41,949 bases of DNA. Origin: Octopus sinensis (Eukaryota). Positions 1 through 10,059 of this stretch are shown here, in pieces. Each line of letters opens with the position of its first letter. The first letter of the stretch is position 1. The DNA is taken from positions 1-41,949 of the forward strand of contig NW_021835248.1 of the NCBI RefSeq assembly GCF_006345805.1, read 5' to 3'. The position numbers and the translations under genes were made by a program. The notes beneath the pieces were generated by a model that saw only the letters and a list, made by a program, of their open reading frames with translations, had not been told where the DNA came from and did no database searches.

Positions 1-232
1 GATGTATTGTGCTTGTTGTCGTTGGTGTTGTTTTTGTTCGTATCAGTTGTTCTATTTGTATTTGAATCTGTGTGTTTTTTTATGGATGTTTATGTTGTTC
101 TTATTGCCATTGTTGTTGCTATTGTTGTGGTTGACATTCATTTATAACCATCGTTATTCGAATTCTCCCCAACCCCCTTCGCCTCAGTGAAAGCACAACA
201 GGGTACGGCGGACAGTCTGCGGCCACACCCTC

Positions 233-328
233 TCAGTAGCCGCCCTCATCGTCTTCTGATGTCGTATCCCGTTTACTTTGGTTGTACGTCACATATTGTA
301 CTGGACATTGTTCATTCATCACCAGCGA
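233..328 (-). CDS. VMAT: VMAT terminal coding exon (SLVMNEQCPVQYVTYNQSKRDTTSEDDEGGY*)
   Basis: Acceptor ttccacag precedes TCG at 328. The exon is 96 nt, phase 0, ending in TGA at 233-235. It aligns with the VMAT tail (vertebrate AILMDHNCP... ending in an acidic cluster) and is in frame with the 3492-3579 exon. Confidence 0.88.
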   Translation of the reverse strand, partial: SLVMNEQCPVQYVTYNQSKRDTTSEDDEGGY

Positions 329-365
329 CTGTGGAAATAGAAAGGAAGAGATGAGAGAAAGAGAG

Positions 366-369
<4 letters not shown>

Positions 370-431
<62 letters not shown>
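370..431. repeat. (AG)n microsatellite
   Basis: Pure AG dinucleotide run just upstream (minus strand) of the last-exon acceptor. Confidence 0.95.
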
Positions 432-436
<5 letters not shown>

Positions 437-742
437 GTGGAGGCACATGGCCTAGTGGTTAGAGCAGTAGACAGGCGGTCGAAGGATCGCGGGTTCGAAT
501 TTCAGACCGGGCAGTGTGTGTGTGTTTATGAGCGAAACACCCTAAGCTCCATGCATCTCCGGCAGAAGGTAATGGTGAACTTCTGCTGACTCTTTTGCCA
601 CAACTTTCTCTCACTCTTTTCTCCTGCATCTAGCAGCTTACCTGCGATGGACCTGCGTCCCGTCCAGGTGGGGAACTTATATGCCAAGGAAACCGGGAAA
701 ACCGGCCCTTATAAGCCAGGCATGGCTCCAGAAGGAACAACA
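437..742 (+). mobile_element. tRNA-derived SINE
   Basis: A-box TGGCCTAGTGG and B-box GGTTCGAAT. Central block 'gccacaactttctctcactcttt' is shared with the copy at 18939. Confidence 0.8.
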
Positions 743-835
743 GAGAGAGAGAGAAAGGGAGTAGGGAGGAATATCAATCACTGTAACAGCAAAACTTCAC
801 TGGAAAAAGCTACACTGGTATTTTTATAATTGCCA

Positions 836-1117
836 TATCACAGTATTCACCAGGCTATCGGATGTTGTTTTACATCGCTGATCACAATATGCTTCGCATT
901 GATCTGGTTTTTGAATGATGCCAGCCAGCTGGCTAGGTGAGCAGGCCAAGATCCATGCCTGATCGGGAGGCTAATCCATTTACAGCCGAGTGGACCGCAG
1001 CAATGTGAAATGAAGTGTATTGCTCAAGAACACCATGAGCCGCTCGGTCAGGGAATTGAACCCACGACCTCACAATCACGAGTGCAACACTCTAGTCACT
1101 GGGCCATGTGCCTTCAC
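836..1117 (-). mobile_element. tRNA-derived SINE
   Basis: Reverse complement has A-box TGGCCCAGTGA and B-box GGTTCAATTCC. Its 3' region is homologous to the tail of the 18939-19284 copy. Confidence 0.78.
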
Positions 1118-1354
1118 ACTTTTATTCTATAAATGTTAAAAATTTCATAGTACACCACACACACACACACACACAGTGTCTGTCCCACAAAGTGAGGGCA
1201 CTTGGCTTTATGCCAATCCGATGAAGAGCCACTTCATTACAATCAACCGTAAATGTATTTTGGTAACTTTTCACATGGAATTATTTACGTGCAATGGCGT
1301 TACAAACTGAGTAACACCGAAACAGTTGTGACTAATTAACTAATTGTATATACA

Positions 1355-1514
1355 CAGGTGTGGCTGTGTAGTAAGAAGCTTGCTTCCCAACCACATGGTT
1401 CCAGGTTCAGCCCCACTGTGTAGCACCTTGGGCAAGTGTCTTCTACTATAACCTTGGGCTGACCAAAGCCTTGTGAGTGGATTTGGTAGATGGGAACTGA
1501 AAGAAGCCTGTCGT
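1355..1514 (+). mobile_element. Abundant tRNA-derived SINE family A, 5' part
   Basis: 'tggctgtgt.gtaagaag...ggttcag.cccactg...gggcaagtgtcttctactata' is shared with the copies at 8946, 11218 and 32255. It ends in a TATG/TA microsatellite. Confidence 0.85.
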
Positions 1515-1535
1515 GTATGTATGTATGTATGTATG

Positions 1536-1585
<50 letters not shown>

Positions 1586-1900
1586 AGTTGAATGAATTAT
1601 CCTAGTATGGATAATTCGGTTAACCGATACCCGGATAGCAAATTCACGTCAGAAATACATGGTTGAAGCTACATGCCAAGGGCAGAGATCATGTGCTTTC
1701 GTGTGGAAATTTGTGTGTGTTCATCATGATGCTGACATAAGTTCCTTGTCTTTCCTGATGAGAAGGCGGCATAATGCACCCCTTATTCCTTCGAAATTAG
1801 GAATATGCAGTCTTTGAAACATATGTCGAGAATAAAGGAATTTTGTTTAATCGTCGTTCAACTCCATTCTTTCATTTATTTATATATATATATATATATA

Positions 1901-2115
1901 TCTGTAAATATAATATGTGACAATTATTCGGTAGCCATGATAAAACTCCGAGTTTCGGATGCCGAGGTGGAAATCCATGCCACCCTCTCTTCAGTTATCC
2001 GGCCATTGGAGAACTGATAGCCAGATAACTGAAGTGATGGCGGCGTGGGTTTCCACCCTGACATCCGAAACTCGGAGTTTTATCATGGCTACCAAATAAT
2101 TGTCACATTTACAGA
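1901..2115. repeat. Inverted repeat made of two opposed copies of a hammerhead-like (Penelope-tail-like) repeat
   Basis: 1930-1961 is the exact reverse complement of 2062-2093, and similarity extends imperfectly to about 100 bp per arm. Each arm carries CTGAAG(A/T)...GAAAC. Confidence 0.85.
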
Positions 2116-2177
2116 TTTACAGATAAATTCTTCTATTTACATAATATCGAGGTCTCTTTCATTCTTTTGTTGTCTTA

Positions 2178-2234
<57 letters not shown>

Positions 2235-2559
2235 GAAGGTTGAAAAGGAACACACGAGTTGATTTATATAGAAAAAAAGTCAAGGTAGAAAATGCTAAAA
2301 TAATTTTACAAAAAATATTTCCGTACCAGTTTCAGTCATTGAGACTTTTTCAACTATAAGTATGGAAAACAATTAAATTTTGGAAAAATTAAAAGAAAAG
2401 TTTTTTAAAAGAATATTTGCATAGTATTCAAATACAAGGGGCATTTTCCTTGTTTCTGCCTTGACTCTCTCACCCCACACTCATGGTCATGCTGGGGCTT
2501 CACGGAGAGAATCAACAGTTTCAAACAAATGTTGGCAAGAACATCCCCTGTTTATCACA

Positions 2560-3200
2560 ATTCATTTGGAAATTAGACACGGGGCTCTTTGAGTGGAGAT
2601 ATAGTAGACAGAGTAGTCCTATTCAACAACAAGAATAGGTGAAGAGTTGAACTTCCAACCACCGTTCAACCATCTGTTATCCAAATCGAGGGATCTTTTC
2701 GATTTGAACGGCAGTTTTTAACATAATTTCTAGGTAACTAAAAAATATTTAACTTCGTATACTGGTAGAATGTGTTTTTAAAACATCTTTTTCTTTTGGC
2801 TTTATTGAGAAAATTCTATAGTTTGTAAGATATTTGTTGTTTTTTCTTCAATTTCTGCAATTTCAACCAAACACTGACGTCTATTGAGTTAAAAAACATT
2901 GTGCCGTATGAATATGTCCCTCGTTTAAGAAACAGATTAGGTTTATTTATATTTGTGAAGAAAAAAAAAAGATACCCTTCTCCCCACCCCTAACCCTAAA
3001 ACAGACTGAAATGCAATAGATCGATACTGGGGTCATAATTATGGGTGACAATTTCATATGACACCACTAGAAAAAACTGCCGTTCAAACCAAAAAGATCC
3101 AAATCGAGTATAATCGTCAGAGTGATCTCCCCTGACAACCCATACCATCCGTGTGCTCCCCTCCCGCTCTGCAGCAGGAGCAACGTTATCACAATTAGCC
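2560..3200 (-). mobile_element. Possible decayed L1/Tx1 endonuclease-end remnant interrupted by the MITE
   Basis: After removing the MITE, the minus strand reads DH...DLDNRWLNGGWKFNSS, resembling the 'SDH...G.WKFN.S' end of the Tx1 APE domain. It is frameshifted and short. Confidence 0.3.
2691..3100 (+). mobile_element. MITE copy 1 (non-autonomous DNA transposon, Merlin-like or hAT)
   Basis: ~29-bp TIR GGATCTTTTCG(A/G)TTTGAACGGCAGTTTTT. Perfect 8-bp TSD AAATCGAG at 2683-2690 and 3101-3108. Confidence 0.92.
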
Positions 3201-3491
3201 GCCACATAATCTAACCGTTATCTTTCAGTTACTTTAAATACCATTTTTTGCTGGGGAACTGGGCAGCCTCTACCCTGTCGGCTCTCAAACTATACGCCAA
3301 CAAATTAAGAAGTAGGAAAGCACATTTTATAATATAGTCCCAGGTATATTATTATGCCTTAGAAAAACGGAATGGTCACCGGGGTCGATGAAAGCTATGG
3401 TCATAAAACGGTTTTTAATCATAGGTTTTATCGACGAGGTATGACCCCAAGTTAAAGAATGATAACAACAACAACAGCAATTCACACTTAC

Positions 3492-3579
3492 CATTTTCTC
3501 CTCTTTGACAGGTGGATTCCGAAGAAACAGCATTGTCGGAGCGTATAAGATATTTACTGTGGAAATCACCCAAATCATC
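3492..3579 (-). CDS. VMAT: VMAT exon, TM12 ((G)MIWVISTVNILYAPTMLFLRNPPVKEEKM)
   Basis: Acceptor ttttttttcttcag, donor ATG|GTAAGT, 88 nt. Matches VMAT '[23 protein letters not shown]'. Confidence 0.95.
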
Positions 3580-4194
3580 CTGAAGAAAAAAAAATATTAT
3601 TCAAAGTTGCAAAAATTTGTTTGACTCAACTCATTTCTATTCAGTTCTTATTCCTTACCTCCACATCTCACTAAACTAACCATTTTCTTTTCCTAATCTT
3701 GTTCTTTTCTAATTTTTGTAGATGAAACACCCACACCCCTATCTACGATGACCAAAAGCTATCTTTAAAAATAACCATTTACCTCCCTGTTGAATGCGCC
3801 TGAGTATTCTGCAGACAGTGATCTTCCGGCAGAATCAGTGAAACACTGTGTGTGTGTCGAGGTTGACCGTTTTAATTACAGGTACACCACGCACACGCAT
3901 ACACACACTGTATTATCGTTTGAGTGGTTGAGTATTCCAAGGACGCTTAACGACATAGCCCTCAGGCGTCCTTCATTTATGAATGGACCTTCTGAGTGGC
4001 GAGGCCAGCTGACGGGCTTCCACACAGTTTCCGCCTGCCATTTTCTTCTTCAGAGAGCTTAATAAAACACTTCTCGAATGTATATCTCACTGAGATTGAA
4101 CACAGAACTTTGTGATAGACAGAAACCCTTCTTGACTACTCCAGCATGGGCAGATGTCAAGTATAAACTTAAAATGAGAATATATATATTTCTT

Positions 4195-4418
4195 TACTAC
4201 CCACAACGGGCTAAACATAGAGGGGACAAACAAGGACAGACAAAGGGATTAAGTCGATTACATCGACCCCAGTGCGTAATTGGTACTTAATTTATCGACC
4301 CCGAAAGTATGAAAGGCAAAGTCTACCTCGGCGGAATTTGAACTCGGAACGTAACGACAGACGAAATACTGCTACGAATTTCGCCCGGCGTGCTAACGTT
4401 TCTACCAGCTCGCCGCCT
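4195..4418 (-). mobile_element. SINE family B ('ggcggcgagctggcagaa...gagttcaaattccgccgagg')
   Basis: Reverse complement closely matches the copy at 38362-38604. Confidence 0.85.
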
Positions 4419-5374
4419 AAATGAGAATATATAACAGCAAAAGTCGTTAAAAAAACTTGATACTAGACATCACAGCAGAACAATAAAATACTTTCCAGTT
4501 GCAGAACAAACCTGGGAAAGACGATGTCACCTACTCTGGCCGGCCGAGTTAAAATAGTCCTTTAGAGGGGAGAGCAGCAGTTGGACAGCAATGGGAAAGG
4601 ATACTGTCTGAATAATGCAAACAAATCATGTGTAATAATGGCCTGCGTACGTGCTTGAAACAGCAGAGCTCAAAATAACACCGTGGACATCATTTATCAT
4701 ACGTTCATTTATACTCGAACGTGGGAGGGTCCTCTCTGTAAGATTTAGTCTTGACGAACAACTTCTTCGAAACGTTGTGTGTTAAACATGCAACACGATT
4801 TAATGATGTCAGCAGACTATCAGACTATGGCGTTTCGGCGTAATTTTGCCTTTTCAATGGTAGACACCGCCACAGACATCTGCAGACAGCCGTATAGAAA
4901 GAGAAATTCTTAGCTAGCTCCAGATGACCGAAATGCATCGGTCGGTTATATCAATTCCAGTACTTGACTGGTATTTATTTTCTATCCAGCCCGGAATGAA
5001 AGAGAAAGTTATCCCCAGTGAAAGACATAAATATCTCTACACATTTTCTCTGACGATCTACCGATTCTGGGAATTATTTGCCTTCATTTATATATATGTA
5101 TAGTAACACATAACATTATATGTATGTATATGTATATGTATATACGTGTGTGTGTGTGTGTTTGAGCTACGAAACGTATGGACTGCGGACATGCAAATGA
5201 GTTTTGTCAATATATGCATGCGTTTATGTGACACTCATTGACATTAATCTTTCTCTATAGTCATGTGTGTATGTGTATAGAATGTGTGTAGATGTTTGAA
5301 ACAATGATTGTGTGACTGGAATAAATTTTGTTAAAAAAAAAGTCACGACCATCCAATAAAGGCAGGCCACTTAC

Positions 5375-5420
5375 CCCTGAAATCCTACGCATCTCACAAT
5401 GGCCCCACTTACGGCAGGAC
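5375..5420 (-). CDS. VMAT: VMAT short exon ((G)PAVSGAIVRCVGFQ(G))
   Basis: Acceptor ttccattttctag, donor GG|GTAAGT, 46 nt. Matches VMAT 'GPSAGGAIAKAIGF'. Phases (1 in, 2 out) fit both neighbouring exons. Confidence 0.92.
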
Positions 5421-5958
5421 CTAGAAAATGGAAAACGTAAAAGTGTGAAATAAGATTTATAAACACACACACACGACGTTTGTTTATATATAAGTTAGAG
5501 AGAGAGAGAGAGTGGGGGGGGGGGGAGAGAGAGGGAAGGAAGGAGTGTGTGTGTGTGTGTGTGTGAGAGAGATTGAGAGATTTATGAAGTAAATTCTCGG
5601 TGAAGCAAATCTTCGATGTAATCGAAATTTCTAGTTGTAACTGGTTGACTTTATTTCTTTTTCTGAACACACTTATATATAAACATATATAAATATATAG
5701 AATGTTGAAATGTGGTGACAATAACAACAACATCACCATCAGCGACCACAGCCACTACGATCTGAAAAGAAACCCCCTACATCGTTATTCGGCTTGCTAG
5801 AAATAGGTGTGAAATCTCACCGTACCATCTTAAAAAGAAAGGGCAATTTCTTTTAAGATGATAGGCATAAACAACAACAACAACAACAGCAGCAATAACA
5901 ACAACAATATTAGTGAGACACATTCAACTGAAGTGTTGCGACAGAAAGACAAACTTAC

Positions 5959-6078
5959 CGACAGCAAATCCCAAACAAAATGCCACATCTGCAATGGCGT
6001 AGACGCTACCGTAAACAGACACATGACGCAAATCCACCAAATGACCCATTAGCGGCATCATGGATGAATCCACCATTC
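5959..6078 (-). CDS. VMAT: VMAT exon, TM10-TM11 ((G)[39 protein letters not shown](G))
   Basis: Near identical to VMAT1/2 '[35 protein letters not shown]', which separates it from VAChT (ALVDTALLPTL...). Acceptor ttcttctccacag, donor G|GTAAGT, 120 nt. Confidence 0.98.
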
Positions 6079-6938
6079 CTGTGGAGAAGAAACGGATTAC
6101 ATGTTGCAATTGGAAACATCGAAATATTTTAGTTCACCAAAATAACGCGTGGATGATGTAACTTTGGTTACAAAATGCCTAGGAAGATAATTACGAAATT
6201 CAAATGAATTAAAAATTAGTTGGTGTGTATTTAGAGCTTAGGTAAACATGTTTCAGTGTTATTAGATCTCGTCAGGGAAGAATGGTTTTATCAGTTTTAC
6301 TCATCAGGTCTTACAAGGCCTCGCAAGATTTTCAGTGAATGAATATTTGCAGACATGTTAAAAGAACGACAGAAAAATTTCTCAAGGGAATTAAACCCCC
6401 AAACTTTGTATATATATATATATATATATGGCTACATATTCACACAAATTAAGCATTAGCTGCAGTTCTAAAGTAAAATCCTGTTCTATATGAATTACTT
6501 AACGCATGCGTACTATTGAAAAGCGAAAAGCTACAGTTTTTTTTCGTCCGGGTAAAACACAATATACTTCAGAGCCAGGCGAAAGAAATCACCCCGAAAG
6601 TGATCGCAAGAGCGAAATATGCGTATTTCGCCGTTTTTGTGGATTGTCAGTATTACGTATTCGTGTCACTTCCGAAACGAAGTGGAACCGGCCAGCCTGA
6701 AGCATATAGAGACAGCGTATTTACAATACATTTGATGGAGATGGTTAAAATAAGTACTGTACGAGAAAGAACCTGGGTTCGATATAATGAACGAAAACCA
6801 CCGAAGACTGTGGCCTTGTATGACCGCAGTCTAAATACTGAAATGTGAATAAGAATTTAAATAGAACTCCCAAAGCAAACGGCTCCCCCCGAACCGATTC
6901 TCAAAAGACCACGTCGGCTCAATTAAAATAGTACTTAC

Positions 6939-7002
6939 CAATTCCAAAACCTACAGCAATATGCGGCACTATTAAATGGAATATATTCTTGGCAAATGGA
7001 AT
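6939..7002 (-). CDS. VMAT: VMAT exon (IPFAKNIFHLIVPHIAVGFGI(G))
   Basis: Not in the ORF track; found by reading the minus strand. Acceptor atttcttctag, donor G|GTAAGT, 64 nt. Matches '[22 protein letters not shown]'. Confidence 0.95.
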
Positions 7003-7343
7003 CTAGAAGAAATATGTAAATTATTATTATAATTAATGAAATAAGATGAGGCAAAGAAAAAAAAAAAGGAGAGAATGAAGAAATGGAAAGAGTGATTAAG
7101 AAATCGAACTTGAAGTGAATAAATAAGATCAAACTTCGTTTTAGTCACCCACAACTTTAAATGGTTGACTTCTTTTTTTGATTTAGTTGCATCTTGTCTC
7201 TTTGATTCTATTGTTACGTCGTACACAGCTAGTCATTGTTTTATAATTGTATCATTGTATTTTATTCTTAATCCTGTAGAAGTTTTGCAAATGTTTAGAG
7301 GAAATCTCAACGACATCATGATGAAGTCTCATTTATATCATAA

Positions 7344-7819
7344 CTAGCACTATGACCCGGCGTTGCCGGGTCATAGTGCTAGTGCATGCATATACAGCTG
7401 CGTACGTGCGCACATACACGCGAGTGCTGTCCAAATCTCTGACCAATCACATACAGCTAGCTGGCATTCAATTGATGTATCAAGTTTCGGGCATTTTGAT
7501 TGGGTTTGGGATAGAAAATTCGCAAAAAAGTCACTTATATTGATTTTTTAATGGCTTTGCGGGGTGACTGGGGAAATGTAAAGATGTGCACGACCACCCT
7601 TGGACGGTTTTGAATGACCATAGAGAGTGCGAGCCCTCTAACTGAAAAATTGTGGATTTGTATAAAGGACACACACACAGATATTTTGCCGTTTATATAT
7701 ATAGAGATAATATTTTGAAAGCATTTAATACGGACATTTCAGATCATTGCTCAACTGGTTAAGGTCAAACAACTGACAAGCAAATCACACAGACATTTTG
7801 CCATTTATATATATAGAGA
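7344..7819 (-). mobile_element. Non-autonomous Helitron, composite with two 5' heads
   Basis: On the minus strand, 5' TC starts at 7819 and again at 7707, each 'TCTCTATATATATAAA(T/C)GGCAAAAT'. The 3' hairpin ends in CTAG at 7344-7347. It sits between A7343 and T7820. Confidence 0.8.
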
Positions 7820-8788
7820 TGAAGTCTCGTTGATATGTTGATGTCTCGCTGATGTTCCATCACTGCTTCCTTTACATGTCGGTAATGTCTCATCGAAGCT
7901 GTTTAAGTCCAAGTAAACATTGATCTAGAAAACTTGTGATCAACGGCATTCCAGCCACAACCATCCTGTCCTTTTGTATAATTTTCTTTAAAGATGGCAC
8001 TGCCATTTGAGAGAATTTAGCTGTTCTTAATAACAGGATAGTGATACGATAGAGGGTCATTCGATGGCTCGTGTTCTCTTCATATATTTTTGTTATATTC
8101 TTTCTCTTTTTTTTATATTCTTTCTCTTATCTTCGCTCTTCCTCCACATCTATTTCTCTCAATATGTCCATCTGTCTTCCGTTATGTCACTCAACATCTG
8201 GTATCCAGTTGTTTCATTGTGTCCGGTTATCTCCCCTTCTCTCTCATGCATCCAGTTATCTTTCCTTGCATCTGGCTTCTACTGGCTCGCTCCCTCTTCT
8301 TTTGACCCTTCCCCTCATTGAATGCCACCATTGCTAACTATCTCTTGCCATTTTATCTTTTCTGTATCGTCTTCTGTAATCACTAGGACAAGGTTCGATC
8401 CTACTGCCGGAATCTTTTGAGCTAGTAGTACCTTCTAACATGACCCTGGTTCAACTAAAACATCGTAAATGAAAGTTGATGAACGGAGACTGTGTGGAAG
8501 ACTGCTCTTGGAGGAACTGTTTTGATGTTACACTTTATCAGCCGCCATATTTAATCCAACCATGAGGTCATTGCGTGCTTGTAGCGGGGTCAGCTGTCAT
8601 CTACGAGACCCAGTTTTCGGTCAGCGGTTTGATAACTTTCTTTCTTTCTCTCACCAGTTTTATAGACCAATAAAGGAGATGTGGACGATGCTTTTCCTTC
8701 CATGACCAAACCAAACAAACAAACAACCTCCCCCCCCCCCGCAAAAAAAGAAGAGAGAAAACTTTACGAGAAACAGACGTTTACTTAC

Positions 8789-8840
8789 TGCGATCATAAG
8801 AAATCCGATCATCAACATTCCGAGTAGAGCAGTGAGCCAT
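8789..8840 (-). CDS. VMAT: VMAT exon, TM9 ((R)WLTALLGMLMIGFLMIA)
   Basis: Acceptor ctctctttttccag, donor GCA|GTAAGT, 52 nt. Matches 'RWLCALLGMIIVGVSILC'. Phase 2 in, 0 out. Confidence 0.94.
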
Positions 8841-8945
8841 CTGGAAAAAGAGAGAGTGAATCAGAGAGAGAGAGAGAGAGAGGGAGGAAGGGCGAAGAAG
8901 GTTAGAAACTGGGGGAAAATAATATACTTTTAAAACACATCATAC

Positions 8946-9107
8946 GGCGTAGGAATGGCTGTGTGGTAAGAAGTTTGCTTACCAACCACATGGTTCCGGG
9001 TTCAGTCCCACTGCGTGGCACCTTAGGCAAGTGTCTTCTACTATAGCCTCGGGCCGACTAAAGCCTTGTGAATAGATTTGGTAGATGGAAACTGAAAGAA
9101 GCCCGTC

Positions 9108-9182
<75 letters not shown>

Positions 9183-9203
9183 GAGTGTATTTTTACCTTG
9201 TTA

Positions 9204-9245
<42 letters not shown>

Positions 9246-9461
9246 GTGTGTATATGTTTGTGTGTCTGTGTTTGTCCCTCCAGCATCACTTGACAACCGA
9301 TGGTGGTGTGTTTACGTCCCCGTAAATTAGCGGTTCGGCAAAAAGAAACCGATAGAATAAGTACTAGACTTCCAAAGAATAAGTCCTGGGGTCGATTTGC
9401 TCGACTAAAGGCGGTGCTCCAGCATGGCCGCAGTCAAATGACTGAAACAAGTAAAAGAGTA
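8946..9461 (+). mobile_element. SINE family A, full length with internal microsatellite
   Basis: tRNA-like head, (TA)/(TG) block, then conserved tail 'ggggtcgatttgctcgactaaaggcggtgctccagcatggccgcagtc...gaaacaagtaaaagag'. Confidence 0.9.
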
Positions 9462-9800
9462 TACTAATTTATAGATTAACGTTGACTTACACATTCATAT
9501 AATCACTTATAGTCTCTCTCTTTCACACACACAAACACGCATACAATCACGTACGCGCCCGCTGTGTACACAAGCACGCACGCACACACTTACTCACACG
9601 AGACATATAAACCGGCACTCCGTCGGTTGCGACGAGAAGGGTTCTTCGCAAGGTTCTTCAAACACGACCACTAATCAACTGTCGTCTTAGTCTGCTGGCT
9701 GTGGACATCTGACACTTTCCCTCTTGGCCAGAGAAATAAGCTGAGAGTTTTCATCAAATAATAATACTAATAACAATAACAACAACAATAACAATAATAA

Positions 9801-10011
9801 TTTCAGATTTTTGGCACAAAGCAAGAAATTTCAGGGGAGGGGTTAGTCGATTATATCGATCCCAGTGCGCAACTGGTACTTATTTTATCGACCCCGAAGG
9901 ATGGAAGGTAAAGTCGACCTCGGCGGAATTTAAACTCAGAACGTAAAGACGGACGAAATGTTGCAAAGCATTTTGCCCGGCGTGCAAACGATTCTGCCAG
10001 TTCGCCACCTT
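9801..10011 (-). mobile_element. SINE family B within a (TAA)n tract
   Basis: Homologous to the 4195 and 38362 copies; flanked on both sides by TAA/CAA repeats. Confidence 0.82.
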
Positions 10012-10017
10012 AAATCA

Positions 10018-10052
<35 letters not shown>

Positions 10053-10059
10053 TAATAAT

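Noticed and set aside
437-520. tRNA-like A and B boxes as a tRNA gene (also at 8946 and 18939)
   Set aside because: There is no complete cloverleaf and the sequence continues into repeat bodies, so these are SINE heads.
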